Source: an uncultured Saprospiraceae bacterium
GTDB lineage: Bacteria > Bacteroidota > Bacteroidia > Chitinophagales > Saprospiraceae
Reading direction: 5' to 3'
Length of the DNA: 64,000 bases
Assembly (NCBI GenBank): GCA_964539805.1
Contig: CAZIKN010000001.1
Coordinates: 73,782-137,781, forward strand
Position numbers and translations under genes: made by a program. The notes under the pieces are model-generated. The model ran no database searches. It worked only from the letters and a program-made list of their open reading frames with translations, and was not told the origin of the DNA. Below are positions 26,204 through 35,997 of this stretch, piece by piece. Position 1 is the stretch's first letter; every line of letters begins with the position of its first letter.

Positions 26204-29086
26204 TCAATAACCAAAGACCTCTTCAATACTCAGTTCTTCCACTTTACCTATTTTTTTCAAAAATTTGAAATCCATGCGTTCCCGATCGCCCAGAACAAGC
26301 CAGGTAAACTTTCTTCCTTTCAGGTATTTCTGATGGTATGCTATCAGGGCTTCTGGGCTGACACTTTCCATTTTTCGGAATATTTCTTCTCGTAAGTCCT
26401 TGTTTTTGAATCCTTTTTGAATATTGCTGCGCCAATTCCAGTAAATATCGGCATTGATGATCCGGCCTGCCGCGATCTGTTTGATCACGCTCAAACGAGC
26501 ACTTTCCATTTGAGGGATGGATATCGGCATGTTTTCCATAATGTTGCGGAAGGCATCAACGGCATCGCGCAATTTGTCCGGTTGCGTGCCCACGTACGCG
26601 CGCAAGAAGTGCGCACTGTCCTTACGGGCGGGGTTGGCTGCAATGGCGTAGGCCGAATAAGCCAAAGCCTTGGATTCCCGAATTTCCTGAAACACGATGG
26701 ATGAAAGCCCGTATCCAAAATATTGGTTGTACCATTCGCTCATGATGTATTCCTCCATATTGAAATATGGTGTGCCTTTGGATACCAGCATAAGCTCTAC
26801 CTGTACGGTTGGGAAATGCACGAAAACCACCTTGTCCTTTGTGACCGCTATTTCCTTGTATTTTTTGTTTTTCAATACCTTCTGCAGCGAGGCATTTTGC
26901 TTGCCAACCGGATGAGTATTTTTCAAAATTGACCCAACGGTACGAGGAGAGCGGCTGCCATAATAAAAGGCTTCATGCTTGAAAGTCAACAGCTTGCGCA
27001 ACAAATCTGTTATTTCTTGAGGAGTCAGAGCCAGTAATTGTTCTTTGCTTAAGCGATCTTTCATCGGGGATCGGTGGCCATACATAGCATAGGACAACAT
27101 GGCTTTGTTCAGTACCTCTTGTTTGTTTTTTTTGTTGTTTTCTCTCCGCTGGAGTACGTCAGCTACCATGTTGTGCAAGGCATCCGTGTTGGGCTGCAGA
27201 TCGGAAAGAAACTCGTGCATCAGCGCCAGGGCTTCGTCAAATGACTCTTCGAGACCGCTGAGCGTGAGGTAAAAATGGTCGTCATTGCAAGAGGCATAAA
27301 GCTGTGCGCCGATACGATAAAAAGCCTGCTGTATTTGTACCGGGCTTTGAGTGCTCGTGCCAAGATAGTTCAGGTAGCCTGCTGCAATGCTCAGCCTTTG
27401 ATCACTGTTTTTTCCCATATCAAAGGTGTAATGCAGCCTAAAAATTTTGGCTGTTTTGTCTTGTACAGCAAACAATTTGAGGTCTTTAGATAGGGTACTT
27501 TTTTTAATGGATTTTTTGTAGTCCAAAAACTCGGGCGCGATGTCCGGCGTTTTTTGGCTCAAAAAATTGGAGGCAAACAGGGATGTATCCGTACGGTTGA
27601 CTTCTATAGGGGTTATGGGTGGTTTTTCCACTTTCATGACGGATTTGTCCTCACCGCTATGCTTGTACACCACTACATAGTTGTCGGGGCGCAGGTGCTT
27701 TTGGGCAAAGGCCATAATATCTGCTTTGCCGACATTGGCCCAGAAATCCCATCGGCGCACAAAATCGGTCCAATTGATACCCAAGATAAAAGCGCTTGTC
27801 AGCACGGAGGTGCGACCGCTGTTTTTTTGAAATGATTTGATTTCACTGAGTTTCATGTCTTTTCGAACCGCATCCAGTAACCAGTCCTCAAATTCTCCAT
27901 GTTGTAATTTACGGACCTGTTCCAGCATCAATTGTTCAACATCGGCATGAGTTTGGCCCTCGCGAGGGTTTCCATGCAGGATCAATTGGCCAAAATCTTC
28001 ATATTGGTACGAATGAGCGTATGCATCCAACAGTTTTTGCTGCTGAACAATGTTCAGGTCAAAAAGGCCGGCTTGGCCGTTGTAAAGTAAAGCTGAAACC
28101 AACGGCATGATCTTAGCCTCATCACTGTTGACATTGCCGCAGCGCCAGGCCATTTCTACCCAAGGGGCCTCATTGCCGTACACATCGCGCTGTGTACGCT
28201 GTTGAAGTTCGGGTTGCGGTTCGTATTGGAACGTTGGGATTTTTTTAGCCTCAAATTTGCCAAAATATTGCTCCGCCAAACGAACGGCCTCTTGTGGGTC
28301 AAAGTCGCCACTGATAGATATGGCCATGTTATTGGGCACATAGTAGCGGTCAAAAAATTGATAAATATTGGTTTGTGACGGATTTTTGAGGTCTTCTCCC
28401 CGCCCGAGGGTAGTCTGAGTACCATAAGGGTGTGAGGGCGTAAGCACTTCCTGGGCGGCTTTCAGCACCTTTCGGAAATCCTTATCCTGGCTGATGTTGA
28501 ACTCTTCAAATACCGTTTCCAATTCCGTATGGAACAAGCGCAATACAGGCCTGCGAAAACGCTCGCTTTCCAAGCGGAACCATCGTTCCAATTCATTTGA
28601 AGGAATATCATTGACGTACACCGTTTGTTCTACCCAAGTATAGGCATTGGTGTTTTTTGCCCCCATTGAGCTGACCAATTTGTCATATTCATTGGCTGCG
28701 GCATATTTGGCCGCTTCAAAGGAAAGGCGATCTATTTCTGCATATAACTCTTTCTTTATGATTGGGTTAGGTTCGTTTCGATGGGTCTCAAAGAGGGCTT
28801 CAATCTTATCCAATAACGCTTTTTCCTTGACCCAATCCAAAGAACCTAATTGGTCAGTGCCCTTGAACATCATGTGTTCAAAATAATGTGCCAGCCCGGT
28901 ACTGTCAGCAGGATCATGTTTGCTGCCTGCCCTTACGGCTATTTCCGTAAATACGCGAGGCTCATTTTTGTTGATCGTCAGAAATAGCTTCAGGCCATTG
29001 GCAAGGGTGTGCATTTTAACCTGAATTGGATCACCTGGAACTGTTTTAAATTTTATTGGTGCTTTTATGGTAGTAACTTCGAACAT
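26204..29086 (-). CDS. M16 (insulinase/pitrilysin) family zinc peptidase, ~960 aa
   Basis: The inverted zinc motif HYFEHMMFKGT (HxxEH) is near the N-terminus, and the length allows four M16-type half-domains. Start set at MFEVTTIK (29086), because the longer track ORF to 29470 overlaps pabB and has no homology-like content. Confidence 0.8.
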   Translation of the reverse strand: MFEVTTIKAPIKFKTVPGDPIQVKMHTLANGLKLFLTINKNEPRVFTEIAVRAGSKHDPADSTGLAHYFEHMMFKGTDQLGSLDWVKEKALLDKIEALFETHRNEPNPIIKKELYAEIDRLSFEAAKYAAANEYDKLVSSMGAKNTNAYTWVEQTVYVNDIPSNELERWFRLESERFRRPVLRLFHTELETVFEEFNISQDKDFRKVLKAAQEVLTPSHPYGTQTTLGRGEDLKNPSQTNIYQFFDRYYVPNNMAISISGDFDPQEAVRLAEQYFGKFEAKKIPTFQYEPQPELQQRTQRDVYGNEAPWVEMAWRCGNVNSDEAKIMPLVSALLYNGQAGLFDLNIVQQQKLLDAYAHSYQYEDFGQLILHGNPREGQTHADVEQLMLEQVRKLQHGEFEDWLLDAVRKDMKLSEIKSFQKNSGRTSVLTSAFILGINWTDFVRRWDFWANVGKADIMAFAQKHLRPDNYVVVYKHSGEDKSVMKVEKPPITPIEVNRTDTSLFASNFLSQKTPDIAPEFLDYKKSIKKSTLSKDLKLFAVQDKTAKIFRLHYTFDMGKNSDQRLSIAAGYLNYLGTSTQSPVQIQQAFYRIGAQLYASCNDDHFYLTLSGLEESFDEALALMHEFLSDLQPNTDALHNMVADVLQRRENNKKNKQEVLNKAMLSYAMYGHRSPMKDRLSKEQLLALTPQEITDLLRKLLTFKHEAFYYGSRSPRTVGSILKNTHPVGKQNASLQKVLKNKKYKEIAVTKDKVVFVHFPTVQVELMLVSKGTPYFNMEEYIMSEWYNQYFGYGLSSIVFQEIRESKALAYSAYAIAANPARKDSAHFLRAYVGTQPDKLRDAVDAFRNIMENMPISIPQMESARLSVIKQIAAGRIINADIYWNWRSNIQKGFKNKDLREEIFRKMESVSPEALIAYHQKYLKGRKFTWLVLGDRERMDFKFLKKIGKVEELSIEEVFGY

Positions 29087-29173
29087 ATTTGATAATACAC
29101 AGTTTGGGGAAAAGTTAGTGGGGCGAAGTAAAAGCATTTTTTCGGTTAATAGTTTATATATACGACGTATTTC

Positions 29174-29181
29174 TACCTTTG
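29174..29181 (+). promoter_or_regulatory. candidate -7 promoter box (TACCTTTG) for pabB
   Basis: TAnnTTTG match 14 nt upstream of the ATG at 29195. Confidence 0.35.
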
Positions 29182-29194
29182 AGCGAAAAGAAAT

Positions 29195-30517
29195 ATGCTC
29201 AAGCCCACAACACGGCGGACATTTGCGGCAAATATTCCAATTATAGACACCGCAATTTGGAAAAACAAACTCTTGCACTGGGCTGCCACTTTCCCTGTTT
29301 GTGTGTATTTGGACAGCAATACCGTAGATGCGGGCAGCCAAAAGATGCCTGTGGAAACAGACTGGGATTGTTTGGTGGCGATGGGGAGCAAAAATGTATT
29401 GGAATGCCCTGTGGGGCAAGCTTTTGAAGCATTGGCCAGATGGAGAAAAGAAATTGGATCGGATTGGCATTTTGGTTTTATGGCATACGATTTGAAAAAC
29501 GAATTGGAAACTTTACGCTCTGATCATTGGGATGGGATCAAATTGCCCGATTTAGCCTTTTTTCAACCCGATATCGTCATTGCTATTCGTCAAAAACATA
29601 TAGAAGTTCAAACTTTGGATGCGGATCCGGAGGCAGTTTGGCAACAGGTAAAGGACTATTGTGTACATGAAAATGAGGTCAAAGGGATGCCTGTTTATTT
29701 AAGCCCCAGAATGTCAAAGAACCAATATACCACAACTGTGGAAGCCATACGGGAGCATATAGTTGCTGGTGATCTGTATGAGATGAATTTGTGCCAGGAG
29801 TTTTACGCGGCGCAAGCCATCATTGATCCTGTTGCTGTTTTTGAGCGCCTGAATGCATTGGCCAAAGCCCCTTTTTCTGCTTTTATGCGTTGGCGCGACA
29901 AGTTTCTTTTATCCGCAAGCCCCGAGCGTTTTTTAAAAAAAACAGGACAAAAAGTCATTTCACAGCCCATAAAAGGTACCCGAAAACGGGGCAATAGCAC
30001 GAAAGAGGATGAAGCCATTCGGCACGAATTGGCTCAAAGCCCAAAGGACAGAGCCGAAAATGTCATGATTGTGGATTTGGTCCGCAATGATCTTGCAAAG
30101 CATTGTGTGCCGGGTACCGTACGAGTGGAGGATCTGTTTGGTATTTACACCTTTAATACGGTGCACCAAATGATAACTACAGTTTGTGGTCAGATCAAAC
30201 CGGGTACAGATACTTTGCAGCTGCTTAGGGATGCTTTTCCCATGGGTAGTATGACGGGCGCACCGAAAGTAATGGCCATGCAATTGATTGAAAAGTATGA
30301 ATGTACGCGTCGGGGGCTTTATGCCGGGACGATTGGTTATTTTGCGCCCAATGATGATTTTGATTTCAACGTGGTGATCCGCAGTATTTTGTATAACGCT
30401 TCGGATGCCTATCTGTCCGTACAGGCTGGAGGTGCCATAGTTTATGATTCTGATCCTGAAAGCGAGTACGCGGAGTGTATGTTAAAGGCGCAGGCTATGG
30501 TAAATGCACTGAAATAA
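29195..30517 (+). CDS. pabB: aminodeoxychorismate synthase component I (chorismate-binding enzyme)
   Basis: Chorismate-utilising enzyme motifs SASPERFL, IKGTRKRG, ENVMIVDLVRNDL, FPMGSMTGAPK and RGLYAGTIGYF. At 440 aa with a short N-terminus it fits PabB better than TrpE. Confidence 0.75.
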   Translation: MLKPTTRRTFAANIPIIDTAIWKNKLLHWAATFPVCVYLDSNTVDAGSQKMPVETDWDCLVAMGSKNVLECPVGQAFEALARWRKEIGSDWHFGFMAYDLKNELETLRSDHWDGIKLPDLAFFQPDIVIAIRQKHIEVQTLDADPEAVWQQVKDYCVHENEVKGMPVYLSPRMSKNQYTTTVEAIREHIVAGDLYEMNLCQEFYAAQAIIDPVAVFERLNALAKAPFSAFMRWRDKFLLSASPERFLKKTGQKVISQPIKGTRKRGNSTKEDEAIRHELAQSPKDRAENVMIVDLVRNDLAKHCVPGTVRVEDLFGIYTFNTVHQMITTVCGQIKPGTDTLQLLRDAFPMGSMTGAPKVMAMQLIEKYECTRRGLYAGTIGYFAPNDDFDFNVVIRSILYNASDAYLSVQAGGAIVYDSDPESEYAECMLKAQAMVNALK

Positions 30518-30659
30518 AGCGGCTGTTTGTCTGCGAATGTCCGGTATTTTTCATCTTTTTTTTGTTTTTTACTGTTTTTGGTCGAAACTTGCGTAGTCTG
30601 TTTACTTGTTTCCCGATGTTGCGCTTTTCCATAAAAAACGAATTGTCAAAATTGTAGTC

Positions 30660-31364
30660 ATGTTGAACTGTATTATTGTTGAAGACGAGCCATTGGCAGC
30701 GGAACTGATAGCTGAGTATATCGGTCAGATACCCTTTTTGCAGCTTACGCACACCTGTAATGATGCTATACAAGCATTGGATGTGGTGCGCAACCACCCG
30801 GTTGATGTTATATTTTTGGACATACAAATGCCCAAACTTAATGGTATGGCATTTCTCAAAACACTGCACAAAGCGCCCAAAATTATTATTACCTCGGCCT
30901 ATCCGGAGTATGCCGTGGAGGGTTTTGACCTGAGGGTAACGGATTATCTCCTCAAACCAATTGAGTTTAGCCGCTTTGAGCGGGCATGCAAAAAACTGCT
31001 CTCTCCTCAATTGCGCGCCCAGACAGAGCCTAAACAGGAAGCTGCCCAGCGCCCCTTTTACTTTTTCACGGTCAACAAGCGTTCGGTGAAGATATTTTTG
31101 GATGAAATCCTTTTCATTGAAAGCCTCAAAGATGCCGTAACCATTCATACCCCCGGAAAATCATACGCGACCCACTACCAATTAGGCGAACTGGAAGAAT
31201 GGATGCGCCAACACAACTTCCTTCGTATTCATCGCTCTTTTTTGGTATCAATGGATAAAATTGAATCTTTTTCAGCGGCAGAAGTCGAAATTGGGGGCCG
31301 TATTTTGCCCATTGGCCGCAGCCATAAAGAATATGTGATGAGCAAATTAGGTAAAGCGAGTTAA
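30660..31364 (+). CDS. LytTR-family two-component response regulator
   Basis: Receiver domain (MLNCIIVEDEPLAAELI..., DVIFLDIQMPKLNG) plus a C-terminal LytTR DNA-binding domain (ILFIESLKDAVTIHT...FLRIHRSFLV). No histidine kinase gene is adjacent. Confidence 0.85.
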   Translation: MLNCIIVEDEPLAAELIAEYIGQIPFLQLTHTCNDAIQALDVVRNHPVDVIFLDIQMPKLNGMAFLKTLHKAPKIIITSAYPEYAVEGFDLRVTDYLLKPIEFSRFERACKKLLSPQLRAQTEPKQEAAQRPFYFFTVNKRSVKIFLDEILFIESLKDAVTIHTPGKSYATHYQLGELEEWMRQHNFLRIHRSFLVSMDKIESFSAAEVEIGGRILPIGRSHKEYVMSKLGKAS

Positions 31365-31381
31365 TTGGCATGCTCATTGTC

Positions 31382-31389
31382 TAACTTTG
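31382..31389 (+). promoter_or_regulatory. candidate -7 promoter box (TAACTTTG)
   Basis: TAnnTTTG match 33 nt upstream of the ATG at 31422. Confidence 0.4.
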
Positions 31390-31421
31390 CGCGGATCATA
31401 ACAAACTCCGATTTTCACAAA

Positions 31422-32369
31422 ATGCGCAAAAAACGTGTACTTGTCACCGGCGCTGCCGGTTTTATTGGATCGCATCTCTGCGATCGCTTTTTGGCTGAAG
31501 GCTGTACTGTAGTGGCTATGGATAACCTGCTCACAGGTGATTTGGCCAACATAGAGCATCTTTTTAAGGAAAAAGACTTTGAATACTATCACCACGATGT
31601 AACCAAGTTCGTTCATGTGCCGGGTGAACTGGATTATATCATGCACTTTGCCTCACCTGCAAGCCCGATTGATTACTTGCAAATGCCCATCCAAACCCTA
31701 AAAGTGGGTGCGCTGGGCACCCACAACCTGCTTGGCTTGGCCAAGGACAAAGGCGCCCGCATCTTGGTGGCCTCCACCTCCGAGGTGTATGGTGATCCGC
31801 TGGTGCACCCTCAAGTGGAGGAATATTGGGGCAATGTCAATCCTATTGGCCCACGCGGCGTTTATGATGAAGCCAAGCGTTATATGGAGGCCATTACCAT
31901 GGCTTACCGTACTTTTCACAATGTGGATACCCGAATAGTGCGTATTTTCAATACTTATGGCCCGCGCATGCGCGTGAATGATGGCCGTGTATTGCCTGCT
32001 TTTTTTTCACAAGCTATTCGTGGTGAAGGACTTACGGTGTTTGGAGACGGCTCACAGACCCGCTCTTTTTGCTACGTGGATGATCTAGTGGAAGGGATTT
32101 ACCGCTTGTTGCTGAGTGATTATTTTATGCCCATGAATATGGGAAATCCCTCAGAAATCACCATGATGCAGTTTGCCCATGAAATTCTGGCTTTAGTCAA
32201 CAATCCCAAGGCTTACATTGATTACCGCCCACTGCCGCAGGACGATCCCAAACAGCGCCAACCAAATATTACCAAGGCCCGTGACATCCTTGGCTGGGAA
32301 CCAAAATTTGACCGTGCAACGGGCTTAAAATTGACGTATGAATATTTCAAGGTGGCAGTAAAATCCTGA
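31422..32369 (+). CDS. UDP-glucuronate decarboxylase (UDP-xylose synthase), SDR family
   Basis: [28 protein letters not shown] and YDEAKR (YxxxK) are present, with overall UXS-like length. Start set at MRKKRVLV (31422). Confidence 0.8.
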   Translation: MRKKRVLVTGAAGFIGSHLCDRFLAEGCTVVAMDNLLTGDLANIEHLFKEKDFEYYHHDVTKFVHVPGELDYIMHFASPASPIDYLQMPIQTLKVGALGTHNLLGLAKDKGARILVASTSEVYGDPLVHPQVEEYWGNVNPIGPRGVYDEAKRYMEAITMAYRTFHNVDTRIVRIFNTYGPRMRVNDGRVLPAFFSQAIRGEGLTVFGDGSQTRSFCYVDDLVEGIYRLLLSDYFMPMNMGNPSEITMMQFAHEILALVNNPKAYIDYRPLPQDDPKQRQPNITKARDILGWEPKFDRATGLKLTYEYFKVAVKS

Positions 32370-32401
32370 TTCCCAACCATTTTATTATAAATACTTACAC
32401 T

Positions 32402-33433
32402 ATGCAAACCATACTAATCACTGGCGGAGCCGGATTTATCGGCTCTCATGTGGTAAGGCTTTTTGTGCGGCAGCATCCCGAATACAAAGTTATCAATTTG
32501 GATGCACTTACTTACGCCGGGAACCTTGAAAACCTTAAGGACCTGGCGGATGCACCCAATTATGTATTTGAGCATGGAGATATTTGTGACGCTCCGTTTT
32601 TGGAGCAGCTGTTCAAAAAATACGATATTGAAGGGGTGATCCATCTCGCAGCAGAAAGCCATGTGGATCGGAGCATTACCGATCCGCTGTCTTTTGTCCG
32701 AACCAATGTCATGGGCACGGTTACTTTGCTCAATGCAGCGCGCAATCATTGGAAAGGCGTAGAGGGAGGCAAGCGTTTTTATCACGTCAGCACAGATGAG
32801 GTGTATGGCTCTTTGGGCGAAGAAGGCTTTTTTACAGAACAAACAGCTTATGATCCTCGCTCTCCTTACTCCGCCTCAAAAGCTTCCAGCGATCATTTCG
32901 TGCGGGCCTATTGGCATACCTATCACTTGCCTGTGGTCATGTCCAACTGTAGCAACAACTACGGCCCAAATCATTTCCCGGAAAAACTTATTCCGCTGAT
33001 GATCAGCAATATACGACATGGAAAGCCGCTTCCTGTGTATGGAGATGGCAAAAACGTGCGCGACTGGCTCTGGGTAAAAGATCATGCAACGGCCATTCAC
33101 ACTATTTTCCACACAGGCCGCCTTGGAGAAACCTATAACATTGGCGGCAATAATGAGTGGCGCAATATTGATCTGGTAGAAAAAATATGTGACATCATGG
33201 ATGAACTGCTCGGGCGCCCGCAAGGTACTGCCCGCCAGTTGATCACGTTTGTCAAAGACCGCCCTGGCCATGACCAGCGCTATGCCATTGATGCCTCCAA
33301 ATTACGCGACGAACTGGGCTGGGAACCTTCCATCAAGGCAGAAGAGGGCTTTAGGGAAACAGCGTTATGGTATTTACAAAATGACGAATGGCTGTCCCAT
33401 ATCTTGAGTGGGGAGTACAAGAAAGGTTATTAA
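32402..33433 (+). CDS. rfbB: dTDP-glucose 4,6-dehydratase
   Basis: [55 protein letters not shown] and DRPGHDQRYAID are canonical RfbB motifs. Confidence 0.9.
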   Translation: MQTILITGGAGFIGSHVVRLFVRQHPEYKVINLDALTYAGNLENLKDLADAPNYVFEHGDICDAPFLEQLFKKYDIEGVIHLAAESHVDRSITDPLSFVRTNVMGTVTLLNAARNHWKGVEGGKRFYHVSTDEVYGSLGEEGFFTEQTAYDPRSPYSASKASSDHFVRAYWHTYHLPVVMSNCSNNYGPNHFPEKLIPLMISNIRHGKPLPVYGDGKNVRDWLWVKDHATAIHTIFHTGRLGETYNIGGNNEWRNIDLVEKICDIMDELLGRPQGTARQLITFVKDRPGHDQRYAIDASKLRDELGWEPSIKAEEGFRETALWYLQNDEWLSHILSGEYKKGY

Positions 33434-33436
33434 AAT

Positions 33437-33477
33437 AAAAAAGCCCTCCAGCGCAATGATGTCTGGAGGGCTTTTTT
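33437..33477. terminator. bidirectional rho-independent terminator
   Basis: AAAAAAGCCCTCCAG, an 11-nt loop, then CTGGAGGGCTTTTTT. It lies between the convergent rfbB and thioredoxin-like genes. Confidence 0.8.
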
Positions 33478-33483
33478 CTGTAT

Positions 33484-33975
33484 TTACTTCTTCAATTCTT
33501 TTAGTTTTTCTTCCAGTTCCAGCTCGTCGCCGGGGGCATAGCCGGAATGCTCAAACACGATGTTGCCAGTGGCATCCAGCACAATGGTATGTGGTACGGA
33601 GTTCACATTGGCAGTTTGTTGAAATTCCTTGTTGGTATCTACCAAGATGCGGTAATCCCATCCTTTTTCTTTTACCATGGCAGGTATTTTGGCGGCGGTT
33701 CGAGCATCGTCCACACTGATGGCAATGAGTTCCATACCGTATTTTTCACGCCATTCCTCATAATAATCTTTAATGGCATCCAATTCTTTTTTGCAAGGTG
33801 AGCACCAGGTAGCCCAGAAACTGATGACCGTGATTTTTCCGGTTTTGCCAAGTTCCTGTACATTGATGGCTTGCCCTTCAAGGGTTTTCACCGTAGCAGA
33901 GGCGAGGGTTTTGTTTTGGGCCGAAGCGGCAAAAGCAAAGAGTACGGCCGCAAAGGCAATCAGCGTTTTTTTCAT
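33484..33975 (-). CDS. TlpA-family thiol:disulfide oxidoreductase (thioredoxin fold)
   Basis: Signal peptide MKKTLIAFAAVLFAFAASAQ and the active site FWATWCSPCKKEL. Confidence 0.85.
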   Translation of the reverse strand: MKKTLIAFAAVLFAFAASAQNKTLASATVKTLEGQAINVQELGKTGKITVISFWATWCSPCKKELDAIKDYYEEWREKYGMELIAISVDDARTAAKIPAMVKEKGWDYRILVDTNKEFQQTANVNSVPHTIVLDATGNIVFEHSGYAPGDELELEEKLKELKK

Positions 33976-34121
33976 TAGTATTACTTGTTGAATGTTAGTT
34001 AGTGACAGGTGTGAAACAGGTATGGCTTTCGTGGGCAACATATCGTACCTGATACGAAAAGAAGCCCAAAAGTAGCGCGTTTAGAATGATAATTGTACAG
34101 GTTTAACCTGTCTTTAAGAAT

Positions 34122-34934
34122 TCAACGCAAACAAAATTTGCGCAAAGCAAGGCTGTCGCCATAGAAAACATTAAAATCCACTTTTTCGTTGATCCCATTT
34201 ACATGGCCACGGTCACTGTGCTGCCAAAAATGCCATTTTTCGTCATTGGGCATATTTAAGTCACTGACATGATAATGTGCAATCCAAAGCGGATAATCTT
34301 CAAATTCTTTAACCCCGGCAAAGTAGTTCTTGTAAAAGTCGCGGTTGGTGTACAGGATGGGTTTTGCTTTGTAATATTTTTCCAATAAATCCATAAAAGC
34401 CTTTGTATAACGCTGTATTTGCGCACGGCTCATACCTCTTGTTTCTTCTACATCCACCACAGGAGGCAAGTCGCCGGGGCTTAATTTAACGGTATTGGTA
34501 AATCGAACGGCCTGCATTTTGGGGCTAATATCGGGCAGAAAGAAATGGTATGCCCCTCTGATGATGCCATTTCGTTTGGCATTTTCCCAGTTTCTGGCAA
34601 ACTGCGGGTCAACTTGCCATGACCCTTCACAGGCTTTCATAAAAGCAAAATGAATGCGGATGTTTCCCACACGCATCTTTCGGATCCGGCTCCAATCCAC
34701 CCTTTGTTGCCATTTACTGACATCTATGCCATGAATGATATAATTGCCGGGTATGCGGATACCAAATTGTTTGTATTCTTTGTAGTGAATGGGGTACTCT
34801 AACCAGGAGCGTACGTAATACCTGAACTCCTCGCTCAAGCCCAGCGCAATAAAAAAAACGGCCAGTGCCAATGCGGCAAAGCGACGAAAAGATGGCGTTT
34901 TCCTCAGAGCGTAATTTTTGGGAATAATGCGCAT
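34122..34934 (-). CDS. glycoside hydrolase family 25 lysozyme (muramidase), membrane-anchored
   Basis: GIDVSKWQ..VDW, FAFMKACEG and RGAYHFF are typical GH25 motifs. The N-terminus has a hydrophobic anchor. Confidence 0.75.
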   Translation of the reverse strand: MRIIPKNYALRKTPSFRRFAALALAVFFIALGLSEEFRYYVRSWLEYPIHYKEYKQFGIRIPGNYIIHGIDVSKWQQRVDWSRIRKMRVGNIRIHFAFMKACEGSWQVDPQFARNWENAKRNGIIRGAYHFFLPDISPKMQAVRFTNTVKLSPGDLPPVVDVEETRGMSRAQIQRYTKAFMDLLEKYYKAKPILYTNRDFYKNYFAGVKEFEDYPLWIAHYHVSDLNMPNDEKWHFWQHSDRGHVNGINEKVDFNVFYGDSLALRKFCLR

Positions 34935-34942
34935 GATCGGGA

Positions 34943-35719
34943 TTATACACCAATAAATATCGGTTTTCTTTTTTCTAAAAAGGCGGATACGCCTTCCTGA
35001 TAATCACGAGTGGAGCCTGCTTCCGTTTGGTATTTGTCCTCCAAACTGACCTGTTGGTAAAAGCTGTTGCCATAACTCTCATTTAGGGCCATTTTGGTCA
35101 GTGCGAGACCGCGAGTAGGCATTTGGGCCAAGGTCTCGGCTATTTTAACAGACTCTTCCCCAAAACTTTCATCGGAGAATACTTTCCAGATCATGCCCAT
35201 GCCAGCTGCTTCAGCAGCACTGATTTTATCAGAAAGCATCATAAGGGCGGTTGCGCGCTGCAGCCCTACTAATCTTGGCAGCGTCCAGCTGCCGCCGGAG
35301 TCGGGGATAAGGCCTATTTTGGAGAATGCCTGGGTGAAGCTGGCAGAGGCTGTAGCTATTGTAATATCACATGCCAAGGCAATGTTGGCGCCTGCGCCTG
35401 CCGCCACGCCGTTGACAGCCGCTATAACGGGCTTGGCCAATGATCTGATTTTCAAAACAATAGGGTTGTATCCGCTTGAAATGATTTCCGTCAGGGATGG
35501 GCCGTTGGGGTCAATAACTTCTTGCAAATCCTGCCCCGCACAAAAAGCTTTGCCTACACCTGTGATATAAACGGCCCTTATATCCGTTTCGTTTTCACAG
35601 GTTTCCAGGACATTCAATATCTCCTGGCGCATAGGATGATTCATGGAATTGAATACCTGTGGGCGATTGAAGCGCAAATAGGCAACCTGGTTTTTTATTT
35701 CAAATTCAATGTATTGCAT
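34943..35719 (-). CDS. enoyl-CoA hydratase/isomerase (crotonase) family protein
   Basis: GKAFCAGQDL and AAVNGVAAGAGANIALACD are oxyanion-hole motifs of the crotonase fold. The 258-aa length fits. Confidence 0.85.
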   Translation of the reverse strand: MQYIEFEIKNQVAYLRFNRPQVFNSMNHPMRQEILNVLETCENETDIRAVYITGVGKAFCAGQDLQEVIDPNGPSLTEIISSGYNPIVLKIRSLAKPVIAAVNGVAAGAGANIALACDITIATASASFTQAFSKIGLIPDSGGSWTLPRLVGLQRATALMMLSDKISAAEAAGMGMIWKVFSDESFGEESVKIAETLAQMPTRGLALTKMALNESYGNSFYQQVSLEDKYQTEAGSTRDYQEGVSAFLEKRKPIFIGV

Positions 35720-35843
35720 AGTGCTGTACGGTTGGGTTAGGAACTGCCTGAATTGATCATCTGTTACAATTCAGCTTATTGTTGAGGGCGGCAAAATTAT
35801 CAAATTAATGAGAACAGCTGCGAAAACTCTTGTGCATATTCCC

Positions 35844-35851
35844 TATCTTTG
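35844..35851 (+). promoter_or_regulatory. candidate -7 promoter box (TATCTTTG) for the tRNA
   Basis: TAnnTTTG match ending 17 nt before the first tRNA base. Confidence 0.45.
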
Positions 35852-35867
35852 CGGCGCCAAAAGCAAA

Positions 35868-35939
35868 GGTCCCGTAGTTCAATGGATAGAATAGAGGTTT
35901 CCTAAACCTTAGATATGGGTTCGATTCCCGTCGGGACTA
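35868..35939 (+). tRNA. tRNA-Arg (anticodon CCT)
   Basis: Cloverleaf folded by hand. The acceptor stem is GGTCCCG/CGGGACT and the D-arm is GTTC..GAAT. The anticodon stem GAGGT/ACCTT carries the loop TTCCTAA (CCT at positions 34-36). The T-arm is ATGGG-TTCGATT-CCCGT. No CCA is encoded. Confidence 0.85.
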
Positions 35940-35997
35940 CTTCTTCTTGCAGTTCAACAAACCCAAGTCCTTGTCCATCCCCCTACACCATATATAT

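Noticed and set aside
29087-29470. N-terminal 128-codon extension of the M16 peptidase ORF
   Set aside because: The extension overlaps the pabB start region on the other strand and is Cys/Pro/Arg-rich nonsense. The conserved M16 N-terminus begins at MFEVTTIK (29086).
30495-31148. 217-aa minus-strand ORF
   Set aside because: It is antisense to the LytTR response regulator and has no motifs, so it is a shadow ORF.
35940-35997. FMN riboswitch upstream of ribD
   Set aside because: Only 58 nt separate the tRNA from the ribD start. I see no conserved FMN-element helices, so ribD is more likely read through from the tRNA promoter or has a minimal leader.
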